Below are positions 31,309-42,074 of a stretch of DNA of 64,000 nucleotides, piece by piece. The stretch's first letter is position 1. The number at the start of each line of letters is the position of its first letter. The position numbers and the translations under genes were made by a program. Under the pieces are notes generated by a model. The model did no database searches, had not been told where the DNA came from, and saw only the letters and a program-made list of their open reading frames with translations. Source of the stretch: an uncultured virus (IMG/VR IMGVR_UViG_3300044542_000402) (lineage: Duplodnaviria > Heunggongvirae > Uroviricota > Caudoviricetes > Herelleviridae); IMG/VR virus record IMGVR_UViG_3300044542_000402. One strand, written 5' to 3'.

Positions 31309-32076
31309 TCAGTGGTCGGCCCGCCACGTGCCGGTGGCGTAGTCGATGGTGAAGCCGGCCGCCGTATTGGGAACCACGACGTGTTCGTCGACGGTCCGAT
31401 TGCAGCTGGCGATGTCGATCGTCACGGTGCGCGGCACGAGTTCGGAGCCGGTGTAGTTGGCGGTGGCCGCGTAGTAGAGCGGGCAGTTCCTCACCCTGTC
31501 GTGCGTCAGGTAGTCCCGGGCCAGAGTCTCGGTGTGGGCCATCCCGCCGGCGTACTGGCCGTCCACCTGGGTGCTGCCCACGTTCTGGGTGCGGGTGCCG
31601 GTGATGATGTTGGCCCGGCTCGGGGCTCCGCCCAGGGAGTCGGCGACCAGGTGCGACCGGTTGAACAGGTATCCGTGGTAGGGCCTGGAGCCCGTCACCG
31701 CGATGGCCGGGATGTCGACCTCGCGGTTGTGCCCCCAGCCGGGCGGGTCGACGTCGATCTCCTGGCGTCCCCTCTCCTGCGCCCGATGTCGCAGGTCCAC
31801 GGTGAGCTCGCCGTAGGCGCACACCGGCCGGTTCAGTCGGTCCAACGAGCAGTACTCCACCTCGCCGGCGCGCTTCGGGGTGTAGGGGTGCCGGGCCCGG
31901 CCCTGCACCGTGTAGTAGTCGTTCGCCGGGGTACCGGGGCCCGTCGAGGTGCTCGGGGCGGCAGCTCCGTCCAGCAGGCGCGAGGGGGCCGGGACGAGTC
32001 CGGCGGATGCGGCCGGACCCCAGACCAGTGCTGCGGCGACGATGATGACGGCCAGGCCGGTCATGGTGCGCCTCAT
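31309..32076 (-). CDS. Secreted DNA/RNA non-specific endonuclease (EndA/streptodornase-like)
   Basis: Signal peptide; LDRLNRP, FNRSHLVADSLGG, NIITGTRTQN, ELVPR, VPN motifs. Confidence 0.85.
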   Translation of the reverse strand: MRRTMTGLAVIIVAAALVWGPAASAGLVPAPSRLLDGAAAPSTSTGPGTPANDYYTVQGRARHPYTPKRAGEVEYCSLDRLNRPVCAYGELTVDLRHRAQERGRQEIDVDPPGWGHNREVDIPAIAVTGSRPYHGYLFNRSHLVADSLGGAPSRANIITGTRTQNVGSTQVDGQYAGGMAHTETLARDYLTHDRVRNCPLYYAATANYTGSELVPRTVTIDIASCNRTVDEHVVVPNTAAGFTIDYATGTWRADH

Positions 32077-32765
32077 GAGGCTCTCCTGATGGCGATGACA
32101 ACAGCGGTCTGCGAGCCGTCGGGCTCGTCGCGGTACCGCAGTTCGGTCCCCGCGGGGGCGGTGTAGTGTTCGACGCCCCCGCTGGCGTCGTGGACCTCGA
32201 TGGCACCGGGCCCGACGGTGTCGATATGGCCGAGGTCGACCGGTCTCAGCCAGTCGAACGACGAGTCGTCGCTCATGGCGGCCACGGGGATCTCGTAGAC
32301 GTAGAGCCCGCCGGCATGACTGGAGCGCCAGTACATGACCCCCAGGATCGATGCCCGGACCCGCCACAGCAGGTCCTCGTCGTCGGAGTAGCCCCCGGTG
32401 ACCATCTCCACCCGGTGGTAGAGGCGCTCGTCGTCGGAGCGCAGCGGTTCGGCGGAGGGGGCCGGGTCGCTGATCCGGATGCCCCCGTACTGCAGGCGGG
32501 TCCCGATCCAGGCCAGGAACCCCGCCAGGGTCCCGGTGTAACCGATTTCGGCGTCGGTGCTCGTGACGGTCATGATGTGCTCCTCTCAGGCGGCCATGTC
32601 GTGCAGACGCAGCCGTGCGGTGATGTTGATGAAGTGGGATCCCGCGACACTGAACAGCTGGGCGTCGGGGAACCGGCCGACGAGACCGGCGAACGCGGAC
32701 GCGGCCGCCGGGAACGTGGAGAACGTGGCGGCCGAGTTGTTGTAGACGATGGCGTAGACGGGCAT
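32073..32765 (-). CDS. Two hypothetical proteins (32073-32573, 32586-32765)
   Basis: ORFs with GAGGAG RBSs in operon with the nuclease. Confidence 0.55.
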
Positions 32766-33013
32766 GACGGCCTCCTCGACCGGGTGACGGGTCGGATCCG
32801 CTGTGGTGCGCGGATCCTGTCTCAGCCCCTGTCCCGTATCGGCCACCGCCGATACGCCCTCCCCCCTCACCTCTTCTCATCCGGATGTTCATCCGGATGC
32901 ACAATCTACGTCGATCCACCATCATCTGTCCATATGCGGACTCGAAGACGAGTCGGATTCATCGGTCCTCTGATAGAATCGACGATGATGATCGTTGTGA
33001 GTCGGAGGTCTCT

Positions 33014-33568
33014 GTGAGTCAGATCCTGTTCCCCGTCAGAAAGCGCTGCCGTACCTGCGGCCGCGTGCTGGGGCGCACGCCCGCCGATCCTGTCTACAAG
33101 GGCCAGTACGACACTCCCGCCTGCGCCGGTATGGCCGCCCCGGCCACCAGCCCCGACCAGGCTCCCCGCGAGTGCCGGACCCTGCGCGACGGCCGGTGGG
33201 TGTTCAAGCGCCGCTATCGCAGCACCGGTGAGATCCCGGCGAAGATCCTCGCCGATCCCTCGGCCGAGCAGTACGTCTGCGAGCACTGCGGGCATGTGCA
33301 CACCGGCCATTCTCGGTTGTCCGGTCCCGAGCGGTTCAGGATCTTCGACGACCGGACCTCGATCGCCGACATGCTCGTCAAGGCCCGTGGGCACGCCACC
33401 CGCCGCCAGGTCGCCTCGGTGGCCGGCATCCGCCCGATCCGGCTGGCCGAGCTCGAGGAGCCCTCCCGGACCGATCGCGTCGACCTGGACGCCCTGTTCA
33501 AGGTGGCGCGCGTGCTGCACCTGCGTCTGGGCGCGGCCATCGCCGCCACGCCCGGGAGGTCCTCATGA
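33014..33568 (+). CDS. Zn-finger plus XRE-like HTH protein
   Basis: CRTC, CEHCGHVH, and ARGHATRRQVASVAGIRPIRLAELE; GGAGG RBS before GTG. Confidence 0.65.
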   Translation: MSQILFPVRKRCRTCGRVLGRTPADPVYKGQYDTPACAGMAAPATSPDQAPRECRTLRDGRWVFKRRYRSTGEIPAKILADPSAEQYVCEHCGHVHTGHSRLSGPERFRIFDDRTSIADMLVKARGHATRRQVASVAGIRPIRLAELEEPSRTDRVDLDALFKVARVLHLRLGAAIAATPGRSS

Positions 33569-33897
33569 GTGCTGCAACCTCTGGCTCCACCACCCGCAGG
33601 CAGGTGCTCGTCCGTCTTCATCCCGACGTCAAGGAGCGGCTGGACTACTGGGCCGCCAAGCGGGGCGTGGCGGCCAACGAGTACATCACCGATGCCATCG
33701 AGGCCGCCATCGCCCGGGAGAACGGCGACTACGACCTGCCCACCCTGGAGATCGCCCGGCTCAACCAGCTCGTCGACCAGATGGCCGCGCTGTCGACCAA
33801 CGCCGCCAACCTGGAAAAAGTGGTGACCTCGGGCTTCGACTCCCTCCTGGGGCTCACCCGCGGTGACAATTATCTGTTGGACGGGGACGGTGCGTGA
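33565..33897 (+). CDS. Ribbon-helix-helix DNA-binding protein
   Basis: QVLVRLHPDVKERLDYWAAKRGVAANEYITDAI. Confidence 0.7.
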   Translation: MSAATSGSTTRRQVLVRLHPDVKERLDYWAAKRGVAANEYITDAIEAAIARENGDYDLPTLEIARLNQLVDQMAALSTNAANLEKVVTSGFDSLLGLTRGDNYLLDGDGA

Positions 33898-35162
33898 TGG
33901 ACGGCATGGACGATCTGTACTCCGATCTCCAGGCGGCCCTGGGTCCCGATGTGAGGATGCCCAGCCCCGATGACGCGATGCCGTGGATCCATGACAGGGC
34001 CGCCGATCTGACGCCCGCCCCGGAGCCCGGGCCCGGGCCGCAGTCAGAACCTGATGAGCCCGATCCGGAGCCGGAGTTCGACGGAGAGGACGGGCTCGAA
34101 CCCGAACCTGGGGCCGAGATCCCCGATGGTCTCGAACAGGACACGGAGGAACCCGAGAGGGACCACGAGGAGACCACGGAGGGACCACCAGCTGATCGGG
34201 TGGTCCCCGAGGAGCCGCGGCGGGGCCATGAGGAGACCACGAAGACGCCACGGGGGAACCATCTCCGGCCCGGCGGTGGCTCCGGCAGTTCCGGTGGCAC
34301 GGAGGCCGCGCCGTTGATCTCCTCGCCCTCGTCCCGGCCGTGGGACGCCCCACAGTCTCCGCCGCCGTTCGAGCCGGTGGTGGATCCGGAGAAGGACACG
34401 GGCTCCGACGATGTCGCCGCCGAGCGCGAGGCCGTCGCCCGCGATGTGGCCGAGCGCGGCGAGCAGGCGCGTGAGCTGGCCGCGGTCGGACGTACCGACT
34501 ACAAGGAGGCCGTCGCCGATGACGCCCGGCACGCGGGCGGTCCGGGCACCGGCGGCACCGGTGGGTCCGCGCCCCTGCCGCTGATCGGCCGGTTCCAGGT
34601 CGTCGGGCTGCAGAGCCCCGATGTCAAGCGGATGCCCGACGTGATCGCCAGGGCGCTGCGGGACCGGTTGGCCCGGTGCGCCGCCGAGGCCGGGTACACC
34701 CCCGATCAGGTCGAGCAGCTGGTGGGCGGGCCGAACGCCCGGGGCCTGTCCATCGCGGCGCTGGTGACGGCCTTCCTCGTCGCCGAGCTGGATCTGGATC
34801 TCGAGCTCGACGAGGCCTCCCGTCTCGCCGTGAGGCTCTTCCGGTCCTCCGATCCCCTCATGGCCGCCGTGCTGACCACGCTGGGATCGATCGAGAAGCG
34901 ACACGCGGCCACCGCCGCGCGGATCGAGCGCCTGGAGCACCGGGTCGCCGACGCGGCGGTGGCCGGGCGGACCCTGGAGCAGGGGGTGGCCTGGCTGCTG
35001 GCCGACCGCAATGGGGAGAACTCCCTGGCCGACGACGTGAGGAGTATCACCGACGCCCGCCTGGACGACGAGATCGTCGACACGAGTCTCGATCTGCTGC
35101 GCCGGGCCGCCAAGCACTCCGAGACCGTGGAGGCCCGCCGCGAGGGCCGCGCCTACCGCTGA
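33894..35162 (+). CDS. Hypothetical protein with acidic disordered N-terminus
   Basis: 422-aa ORF coupled to the RHH gene. Confidence 0.65.
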   Translation: MMDGMDDLYSDLQAALGPDVRMPSPDDAMPWIHDRAADLTPAPEPGPGPQSEPDEPDPEPEFDGEDGLEPEPGAEIPDGLEQDTEEPERDHEETTEGPPADRVVPEEPRRGHEETTKTPRGNHLRPGGGSGSSGGTEAAPLISSPSSRPWDAPQSPPPFEPVVDPEKDTGSDDVAAEREAVARDVAERGEQARELAAVGRTDYKEAVADDARHAGGPGTGGTGGSAPLPLIGRFQVVGLQSPDVKRMPDVIARALRDRLARCAAEAGYTPDQVEQLVGGPNARGLSIAALVTAFLVAELDLDLELDEASRLAVRLFRSSDPLMAAVLTTLGSIEKRHAATAARIERLEHRVADAAVAGRTLEQGVAWLLADRNGENSLADDVRSITDARLDDEIVDTSLDLLRRAAKHSETVEARREGRAYR

Positions 35163-35223
35163 TCGGAACTGAACGAACCGCCCCGCAGCGTCATGCTGCG
35201 GGGCGGTGTGGTGTACGGATCGG

Positions 35224-37975
35224 CTACTGGTGCGCCGTCGGGCCGTATCCCCGGTCGGCCAGAAAGGCTGCGACCAGGATCCAGGACGTGTCGACGATCT
35301 CGTCGCCCCACTCGTCGTCATGGCTCCATGTGGCGATCTCCTCGACGCCCTGCCGCAGGGCGGCCGCGAACCCTTCGAGGTCGTCGGCGCTGGCCCACTC
35401 GACGACCGAGAGGGAGAACTGTCCACGGATCCGCAGTCGGATCGCGGTGCGCGTCCCGCTCAGCAGGTCGATGCGCCGGGGCTCCCGGGGGTGCTCGGGA
35501 CGGAACTCCACCATGCCGGTGATCGTCGTGCCCCGGCCGTTCTTCTGATCGCCGAGCAGGACCAGACCCACGGACTCCAACTCCGCAGCACCATTCACCC
35601 GGATCACGGTGCGATCGGCCATCGTGATGATGTTGTGACCCATCGACGCCACGGATCGTCCGTTGAGGAGCCGGGCTACGTCGCCGGGCGTGGCGTTCTT
35701 GATGCACTGCAGATGCGGGGCCGCGCTCATCACATGCTCCCGTCGTCGGTGTTCTGCGGGTTCTCGGCCGTGTCGTCCCGGTGGATCCAGCCGGCCGCCA
35801 CGAGGTGCTCCGCCAGCCACCGTGCGGCCTGCGGGTCCGACTCGAAGGTCGGGTCATCGGTGAGATCGCCGATGAGCTTCTCGACGATGGTGTGGTCGAT
35901 CACAATGGACTCCTTGTCAGATGGATGGTGGCCGGGTCCGATCAGATCTCGGACTGCACGGTTCCGTGCCGGGCGACCTCGGTCAGCTCGACCGGGACGT
36001 ATTCGGGCCGTCCGTACTCGTTGGTGATCAGGACGGTGGCGTACAGGTCGTCCAGATAAACGATGCGGCCCTTGACCGGGCAGGCCCTGTTGTCGACGGC
36101 GAGAGTCTGGCCGGCGGCGAGTGGTGTGCCGGACGAGTCAAGGGGTGCGGGCCCGGCGGGAACGAGGTCGCGTACCGGATCGTCCGCCGGGAGCCCGCCG
36201 GGGTAGAGATCGATGAGGTACTCGGGCAGGTCCTCGTCGTCCAGGAAGCCGGACACGGCGTCCTCGGCGTCATCGGCGATGGAGGCGTCGCCGGTCAGGC
36301 GGGCGATGCGACGAGTGCGAAGAATGGTGATGGCCGCTTGACGGCGTTCGTGGCTGAATCCCATGCTGTGACTCCTTGCTGTCGATGGTGAAGATGATTC
36401 AGGACTTCTGGTCGTACCTGGCGCTCACAGATGATGAAAGAGGGGGAACAGGTCGGCCCCGCACTCCGAACAGGACTCATCCCAGTTCGCGCCGTCGATG
36501 CCCAGGGTGTGACCGTTGGAGTCGACCGGTTCGCCGCAGATCTCGCAGGTCATGACGTCGTCATCGTCGGTCAGCAGGGCCTGGACGACGCTGCGGGCCA
36601 TCTCGTCGTAGTCCTGGCCGTCGAGGGTCTCCAGTACGTCGGCCACGCGCCGCAGCGATTCCTCGCCGGTCAGGATGGTCTGCACGGCCCGGGTCATGTA
36701 CTCGGCCATGTCGGACTCGGGGCCGTACAGCTTCTCGGTGTCGTCTCCGGCGACGCAGGCACCGTACGACTCGGCCTGGGCGTCGACGGCGGAATGGATG
36801 CGGCCCAGGCCACTGGTGGGACTGATGTTGCGCATGACGGTTCTCCTCAGAACTTGATGGTCCGGTCTGTGTACTCGATGGCGTGCAGGTGCACCTGGGG
36901 GCACTCCAGGATCCGGTTCCAGGTCGCCCGGCTCATCTCGTTCCGCACGACCCTCTGGTGGATGCGGGCTCCCAGCAGGTCCAGGCTCACGTGGACCGCG
37001 ACGATGTCGGCCTCCGGGTCGGACTCGGCGACAGCGTGCTTCTCGATGAGTGCAGTGCTCATGGCGGTCTCCCCCACTGGTGATGATCTTTGTCACCACC
37101 ACCCCCGGATGCAGCTGTGCTGCATCGGTTGACAAGCTGCTTGTTGCAACGGAGAGGACGGAGAAGAAGAAGAAGCACCCCGCCGCATCATGCGGCGGGG
37201 TGCTTCAGGGTCGGTGATCAGATCTTTTTCACATCGTGGATGCCGTTGACGTAACGCGAGGTGAGATCGAGGAGCCGGCAGCGGGCGAGGTGCTCGTCCG
37301 GACGGTTCGTGGTGAATGATCTCGCCCACTGCGAGACGGCCTCAATCTCGCGGGGATCGATGGCTCCGGCCGCCTCGGCGAGTGCGCCGATTTTCTCGGT
37401 GAGGGCACTGAGATCGATCGATTCGATGCTGGGCAGTTCGTAGTCCTGGAACGACATGGGGCCTGTCCTTCTTCGTTCGTGATGGATGGTGGCGGCGGGA
37501 CCGCTGCGATCTCAGGTCACGATGGACTGGATGCGGCCGACGGTCTCGCCACCACCGACGGGCTCGCGGTGGCACCGGTCAGCTTCGAGGTGTCGACGAT
37601 GGCGTCGGCGGGTACGTGGATCTCGATGCGGATCCGGTGGAATGCGTATTTCAGGCCGTCGGGGGCCCTGCAGCCGGTGAACTCCAGTCGCCGGCCGCTC
37701 CGGTCCCGCTCGTCGTAGTTCTTGATCGTCCGGTCGGAGTAGTCGCAGCCCAGGAACACGATCCGGGGTCCGTGACCGGCCCGGGTCTCCCCGGCCGCGA
37801 CGTCCTGGTAGATCACGACGTCGCCGGCCGCCTTGCGGTAGTCGGAGTAGACGGGCTGTTCCTTGACCGCCCTGGTGACCATCGTCGTGTACTCGCTGGA
37901 CAGCAGGACCTGGTGCAGGCCGCCGTCGGAGCCGCGCCACGCGTAGCGGTAGTCGATGATCTCCCCGGAGTGCAC
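35224..37975 (-). CDS. Run of small hypothetical genes (35224-35730, 35942-36364, 36425-36835, 36847-37062, 37218-37457, 37517-37975)
   Basis: Co-oriented ORFs, most with GGAG-type RBS; no recognisable family. Confidence 0.5.
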
Positions 37976-38136
37976 CTCGCCGTGGCCGTAGCCGCCGCGG
38001 ACGTAGAACTGTCCCTGGATCCAGGTGCGCTGACTCGTGTCGATGGCGGCGTGATGGTTCTTTCCGTATGGTCGTGCCGACAGGCCGGCCCCGCGGAATG
38101 GTCCACGGAGCCGGTCTGTCGGTGAGGACGGGGGTC

Positions 38137-40452
38137 TCAGGCCACGACGGCCCAGGATCCCTCGATGCGCTCCAGGTCGTCGAAGACTCGGGCGAGGTCC
38201 AGCCTCGCAGTGCCGTCAACACCCGTGATGGTGTAGCCGTTGCGCAGCCGGTCCCAGATCCCGGCCGCGACGAGGCGCTCCTCCAGACGGGCGTACCGCT
38301 GGGGCAGGTGGTCGGCGCGCCCCCGCCACACCCGTTCCAGGGCGGTGCGCGCGCGCTTGCGCTCGGTGTACTCGTCGGCCTTGACCTTGGAGCGGTAGTC
38401 GGCGGCGTCGATGAGCACGACGCCCTCGTCGGGCCGCCGTCCGGCCTGTTCCAGCAGGGCCCTCAGCTCAACGGGGTCATCGGCGGTGCCCACGGTGGCG
38501 GCGCACTCCAGGCCGAACCGCTTCGCGATGCCGTCGCGAATCTTGTCGTCAGTGCTGAACTCCACGGTGTTCCTGATGGCGTCCAGCAGGACGAGCCGGT
38601 CGGGTCCGGTCTCGGCGATCGGATGGGTGTCGTGGGCGCTGATGACCTCGAAGACCGCGGTGGTCCCGGTGCGCTCCAGCATCCCGGCCAGGGCCTGTCT
38701 GCCGTCGGCTCCGATCTGGCCGGTGAGCAGCCGGTCGGCGAACCGGGAGTAGGCGGTGACCCCGGACTTGGAGAACACCGTCAGCTCGCCGTCGATGGAT
38801 GCGACCAGGGCCAGGTACCCGTTCCACTTCTTCCGGGCGATGACCGGCCAGGCGGTGATGTCCGGGTTCAGCCAGCCGTCGAGATCACGGCCGGGGGCTT
38901 CACCGATGTGGAAGAACTTCTCGTAGCCGCGGGCCGCGATGCTGTGGCGCTCAGTGTCGATGAACAGGCCTCGGGCGTGCATGGTGAGCTCGTCCCAGGC
39001 CCCGTCGACGAACGCCTTCCTGGTGAAGTTGCAGGCCACCAGGTTCTCGTGGTCCTCGACGGGACGGACCTTCACCTGCTCGGAGGCGCGCATACGCTCC
39101 AACAGGTCGTCGATCCTCTGCGACTCGCTCATGGTGCGCCTCCTGTCCCAGGGCCGCAGCCGGTTGTGGGCGGCCGTCGCCGGATCGACGCGGTCGTCGT
39201 ACTCGTGGATCTCGGGATCGGGATCGCGGTTCAGCACGGCGGCGCGAATCGCACCGCCGGTCGAGGCCCCGGTCTCCAGGCAGACGACGGGCCGGCCGTC
39301 CGGGGTGAACCGGACCGGCTGCACCGCGGGCTGGCCGGCGGCCGAGTTGCGGTGGCCGTGGAGCTGATATCCCGCCAGGGGCATGTCGCCGACGTTGTAG
39401 GAGGACTTGGCCCGGTAGGTGTGGGCCCGGTCCCCCAGTCCGTAGACGCACTCGACCTCGCTGACGCGCAGCAGACCGTCGATCTCCAGTCTCGCCCTGG
39501 TGTCGGTCCCGACGCCGCCGTGGGTGACGAGCCATTCCGGCCCGTCGCCCACCCGGACCCTCAGGGCCGGGATGGTGGAATCGACGAAGGCGGTCTGCTC
39601 GGCGGCCATGATCCCGGCTCCCAGCAGGGCGTCGCGGGTGTCCCGGGTGTCGGGGAACCGGCCGGTGCCGGCGGTGCCGGTGTTGATCGCCCGCAGGTTG
39701 AGCTCGTGGTTGCCGCACACCACGCTCGCCCGGTGCTGGTCCATCAGCTCGTGCACGATGGTCCAGACGCCCACGGGGTCCGGCCCGCGGTCGAACAGGT
39801 CGCCGGCGAACACCCAGTGGGTGCCGGGCTCGTCCAGATCCGTGACCGCCTCGTGCAGGGCGGCGGCGCACGAGTGGACGTCGCCGACCACGACGACTCG
39901 CCGCGCGGTGACGGTGGGTACGACGTTGATTCCGGTGATGACCTCGTCGTAGTTGTGGATCAGCTCGGTCGTGTTGGCACCACTGATGACCTCGGTCAGG
40001 GCCGGGCTGAACGTCTTCTCGGCGCATCGGGCGTGTATGTCTCCCAGCACGTCCTCGTCCACCCGTTCGATACCCCTGTTTCTGTTGCGTTTCAGCAGGA
40101 CGTCGAGAGGCGTGTCGCCCTGGACGTCGATGAGATATGTGGCGTACCCGTATGTGTGGGCGAGCCGGGCGAGCTTCGTCTGATCCTTGATGCGTGAGGC
40201 CGTGGAGTCGAAGAAGATCGTGGTCCCGGCTGCCATACGGGACTCAAGTGCGGCGTGAGTCGCGGAAATGACGTTCTTCTCGGCCTCGGGCCGCAGTCGC
40301 AGGCTGTTGTCGCCGTCTGCAGCCGGGAAAGGCGCGCTGAACATGGACCTGAACTGGTCGTATCCGATGGTCAGGGATGTCAGCCCGAGAAGCCGGATCA
40401 ACCGGGTCTTCCCGGATCCCGGTGCTCCGTGGAGCAGGAACAGGGCGCGCAT
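38137..40452 (-). CDS. Polynucleotide kinase - metallophosphoesterase - T4 Rnl1-type RNA ligase fusion
   Basis: GAPGSGKT P-loop; GDVHS, GDLFDRGPD, GNHE, THGG, HGH phosphoesterase motifs; ARGLF, RGYEKFF, KKWNG, FEVI, EGVV, KVK ligase motifs. Confidence 0.88.
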   Translation of the reverse strand: MRALFLLHGAPGSGKTRLIRLLGLTSLTIGYDQFRSMFSAPFPAADGDNSLRLRPEAEKNVISATHAALESRMAAGTTIFFDSTASRIKDQTKLARLAHTYGYATYLIDVQGDTPLDVLLKRNRNRGIERVDEDVLGDIHARCAEKTFSPALTEVISGANTTELIHNYDEVITGINVVPTVTARRVVVVGDVHSCAAALHEAVTDLDEPGTHWVFAGDLFDRGPDPVGVWTIVHELMDQHRASVVCGNHELNLRAINTGTAGTGRFPDTRDTRDALLGAGIMAAEQTAFVDSTIPALRVRVGDGPEWLVTHGGVGTDTRARLEIDGLLRVSEVECVYGLGDRAHTYRAKSSYNVGDMPLAGYQLHGHRNSAAGQPAVQPVRFTPDGRPVVCLETGASTGGAIRAAVLNRDPDPEIHEYDDRVDPATAAHNRLRPWDRRRTMSESQRIDDLLERMRASEQVKVRPVEDHENLVACNFTRKAFVDGAWDELTMHARGLFIDTERHSIAARGYEKFFHIGEAPGRDLDGWLNPDITAWPVIARKKWNGYLALVASIDGELTVFSKSGVTAYSRFADRLLTGQIGADGRQALAGMLERTGTTAVFEVISAHDTHPIAETGPDRLVLLDAIRNTVEFSTDDKIRDGIAKRFGLECAATVGTADDPVELRALLEQAGRRPDEGVVLIDAADYRSKVKADEYTERKRARTALERVWRGRADHLPQRYARLEERLVAAGIWDRLRNGYTITGVDGTARLDLARVFDDLERIEGSWAVVA

Positions 40453-40508
40453 GATGATCTCCTTTGGTGAATCGGTGTTCGAGGGCCACCCCGGATCGGC
40501 TGCGCCGA

Positions 40509-41636
40509 TCAGACGGTCTCTCTGGCCGCGAGCGTCCCCGGCACCCGGGTGCGGTAGCCACGGTCCGAGGCCGTCACGAGCGCGTCGAACAGGGCGTCGG
40601 GGTCCGCGGCGAACAGTCCCGCGTTGGGCAGGCTGTTGAGTTCGACGACCACCGGCCTTCCCGGGGTCGCGGTGTCCGCCAGGTCGAGAACGTAGGTGCC
40701 GGGGTGCTCCCGCACCATGCCGGCGGCGGTCTGCGCCAGGTCCGCCACCATCTCGGGAAAGGCGATGACGGGGTCGACGGTGCCGCCGAGTGCCCCGCGT
40801 CTCACCCGCACCCGGTCGTCGAGGACGACCGGGCCGGTGCCGAGACCGACTTCGATGACGTGGTCGGGGTCACGGTCGTAGGGGGTGAACTCCTCGATGT
40901 TCGCGGCACCGGTGACGATCCGTCCGCCGACGACGAAGAAGCGGTACTCGCAGATCATGGGGATCTGCTCACTCACGAGGAAGGCGTCGGGCCGCCCGGC
41001 CAGCAGGTCGAGGTTCCAGCCGAACCCGTCGATGAGGTCGTCCATGAAGCCCTGGTAGTTGCGGCCGGGCAGGTCGATCGCCACCGGGCGGTTCAGTTTG
41101 GACGGCGCGGTCTTGACGACTGCGGACTGAACTCCGGCGTCGCGCCAGGCCTCCAGGGTTCCGATGAGATCGGCCGGGGCCGATCCGGTGCGCTCGGTCA
41201 GTTCGGCGAGCTCACCGGCCTCGAAGAAGCCGGCACGGGCCAGTCGTCGTCCCACATGATGAGCGAGCAGCGGATGGTCCAGCAGCGGGTCGAAGGCGTG
41301 CGGGTTCTCCTCGGCGCGGTCCACCGGCCCCAGACGCCGCGAGAGCTGATCGTCGTTCCAGTTGCGGGCCTCGCGGACGGCCAGCTCCAGGCCCGCCCGG
41401 CGAGCTGCACGGGAGGCGGCCGCCATCCGCGCCACGTCCTCCCAGAAGTCCTGGAGATCGGCCTGCGGGTCGGCCGTTGCGGTGTGGGTGCGCAGGACGT
41501 CGTCGCCGAGTACCCGGGCGCACTCGGCCAGGTCCCGGTTCGCGGCCAGGACCTGGTCCCGGGCCCACGATGGGTCGAACCCGGGGAAGGGGCGCAGGTG
41601 CCCGGAGAACAGCTGGGGCGCGGTGGTGTCGGGCAT
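40509..41636 (-). CDS. ATP-grasp domain protein (DUF4343/R2K-like)
   Basis: VVK, VSEQIPMICEYRFFVVGG, YVLDLA, VVVELNSLPNAGLF. Confidence 0.75.
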   Translation of the reverse strand: MPDTTAPQLFSGHLRPFPGFDPSWARDQVLAANRDLAECARVLGDDVLRTHTATADPQADLQDFWEDVARMAAASRAARRAGLELAVREARNWNDDQLSRRLGPVDRAEENPHAFDPLLDHPLLAHHVGRRLARAGFFEAGELAELTERTGSAPADLIGTLEAWRDAGVQSAVVKTAPSKLNRPVAIDLPGRNYQGFMDDLIDGFGWNLDLLAGRPDAFLVSEQIPMICEYRFFVVGGRIVTGAANIEEFTPYDRDPDHVIEVGLGTGPVVLDDRVRVRRGALGGTVDPVIAFPEMVADLAQTAAGMVREHPGTYVLDLADTATPGRPVVVELNSLPNAGLFAADPDALFDALVTASDRGYRTRVPGTLAARETV

Positions 41637-41706
41637 GGTGGTCTCCTGTGGTGTTGTGATGGTCACCGGCCGCCCCGGATCAGCTGTGCCGATCAGTTCG
41701 ATGCGA

Positions 41707-42012
41707 TCAGCCTTCTGCGATGCCGGTGATGTGGTCGGGTCCCAGCAGTGACGCCGGGACTGCATAGTGCGATTCCCAGGTGCCGTCGTCAAGCTCGAAC
41801 TCATCGTCGAGGCGAGCGGTGCCGTCCTTGATCCAGGCGGTCGGTATTCGCAGGGTGACCACGACGGGTCCGTAGTCCCGTGCGTTCTCGTCGTGATGGG
41901 TCGAGCACCAGATCTCACCGGTGTTCTCCAGGCTCGTGAATTTCCCTGTGGCCCGGATCTGGCGGGCCGCGGTGGCGCTGGTGCGGTGGTACAGGACGAC
42001 AGTGTCGGTCAT
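41707..42012 (-). CDS. Small protein, possible ADP-ribosyltransferase fold
   Basis: LYHRT...AARQI...GKF, IWCST, YG.VV.L pattern, late Glu. Confidence 0.45.
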   Translation of the reverse strand: MTDTVVLYHRTSATAARQIRATGKFTSLENTGEIWCSTHHDENARDYGPVVVTLRIPTAWIKDGTARLDDEFELDDGTWESHYAVPASLLGPDHITGIAEG

Positions 42013-42074
42013 GGGCTCATTCTCGCCTATCGCTGTTCCGCGTTCTGAACAGATTCGGCCGCGGCATGTTCGGC

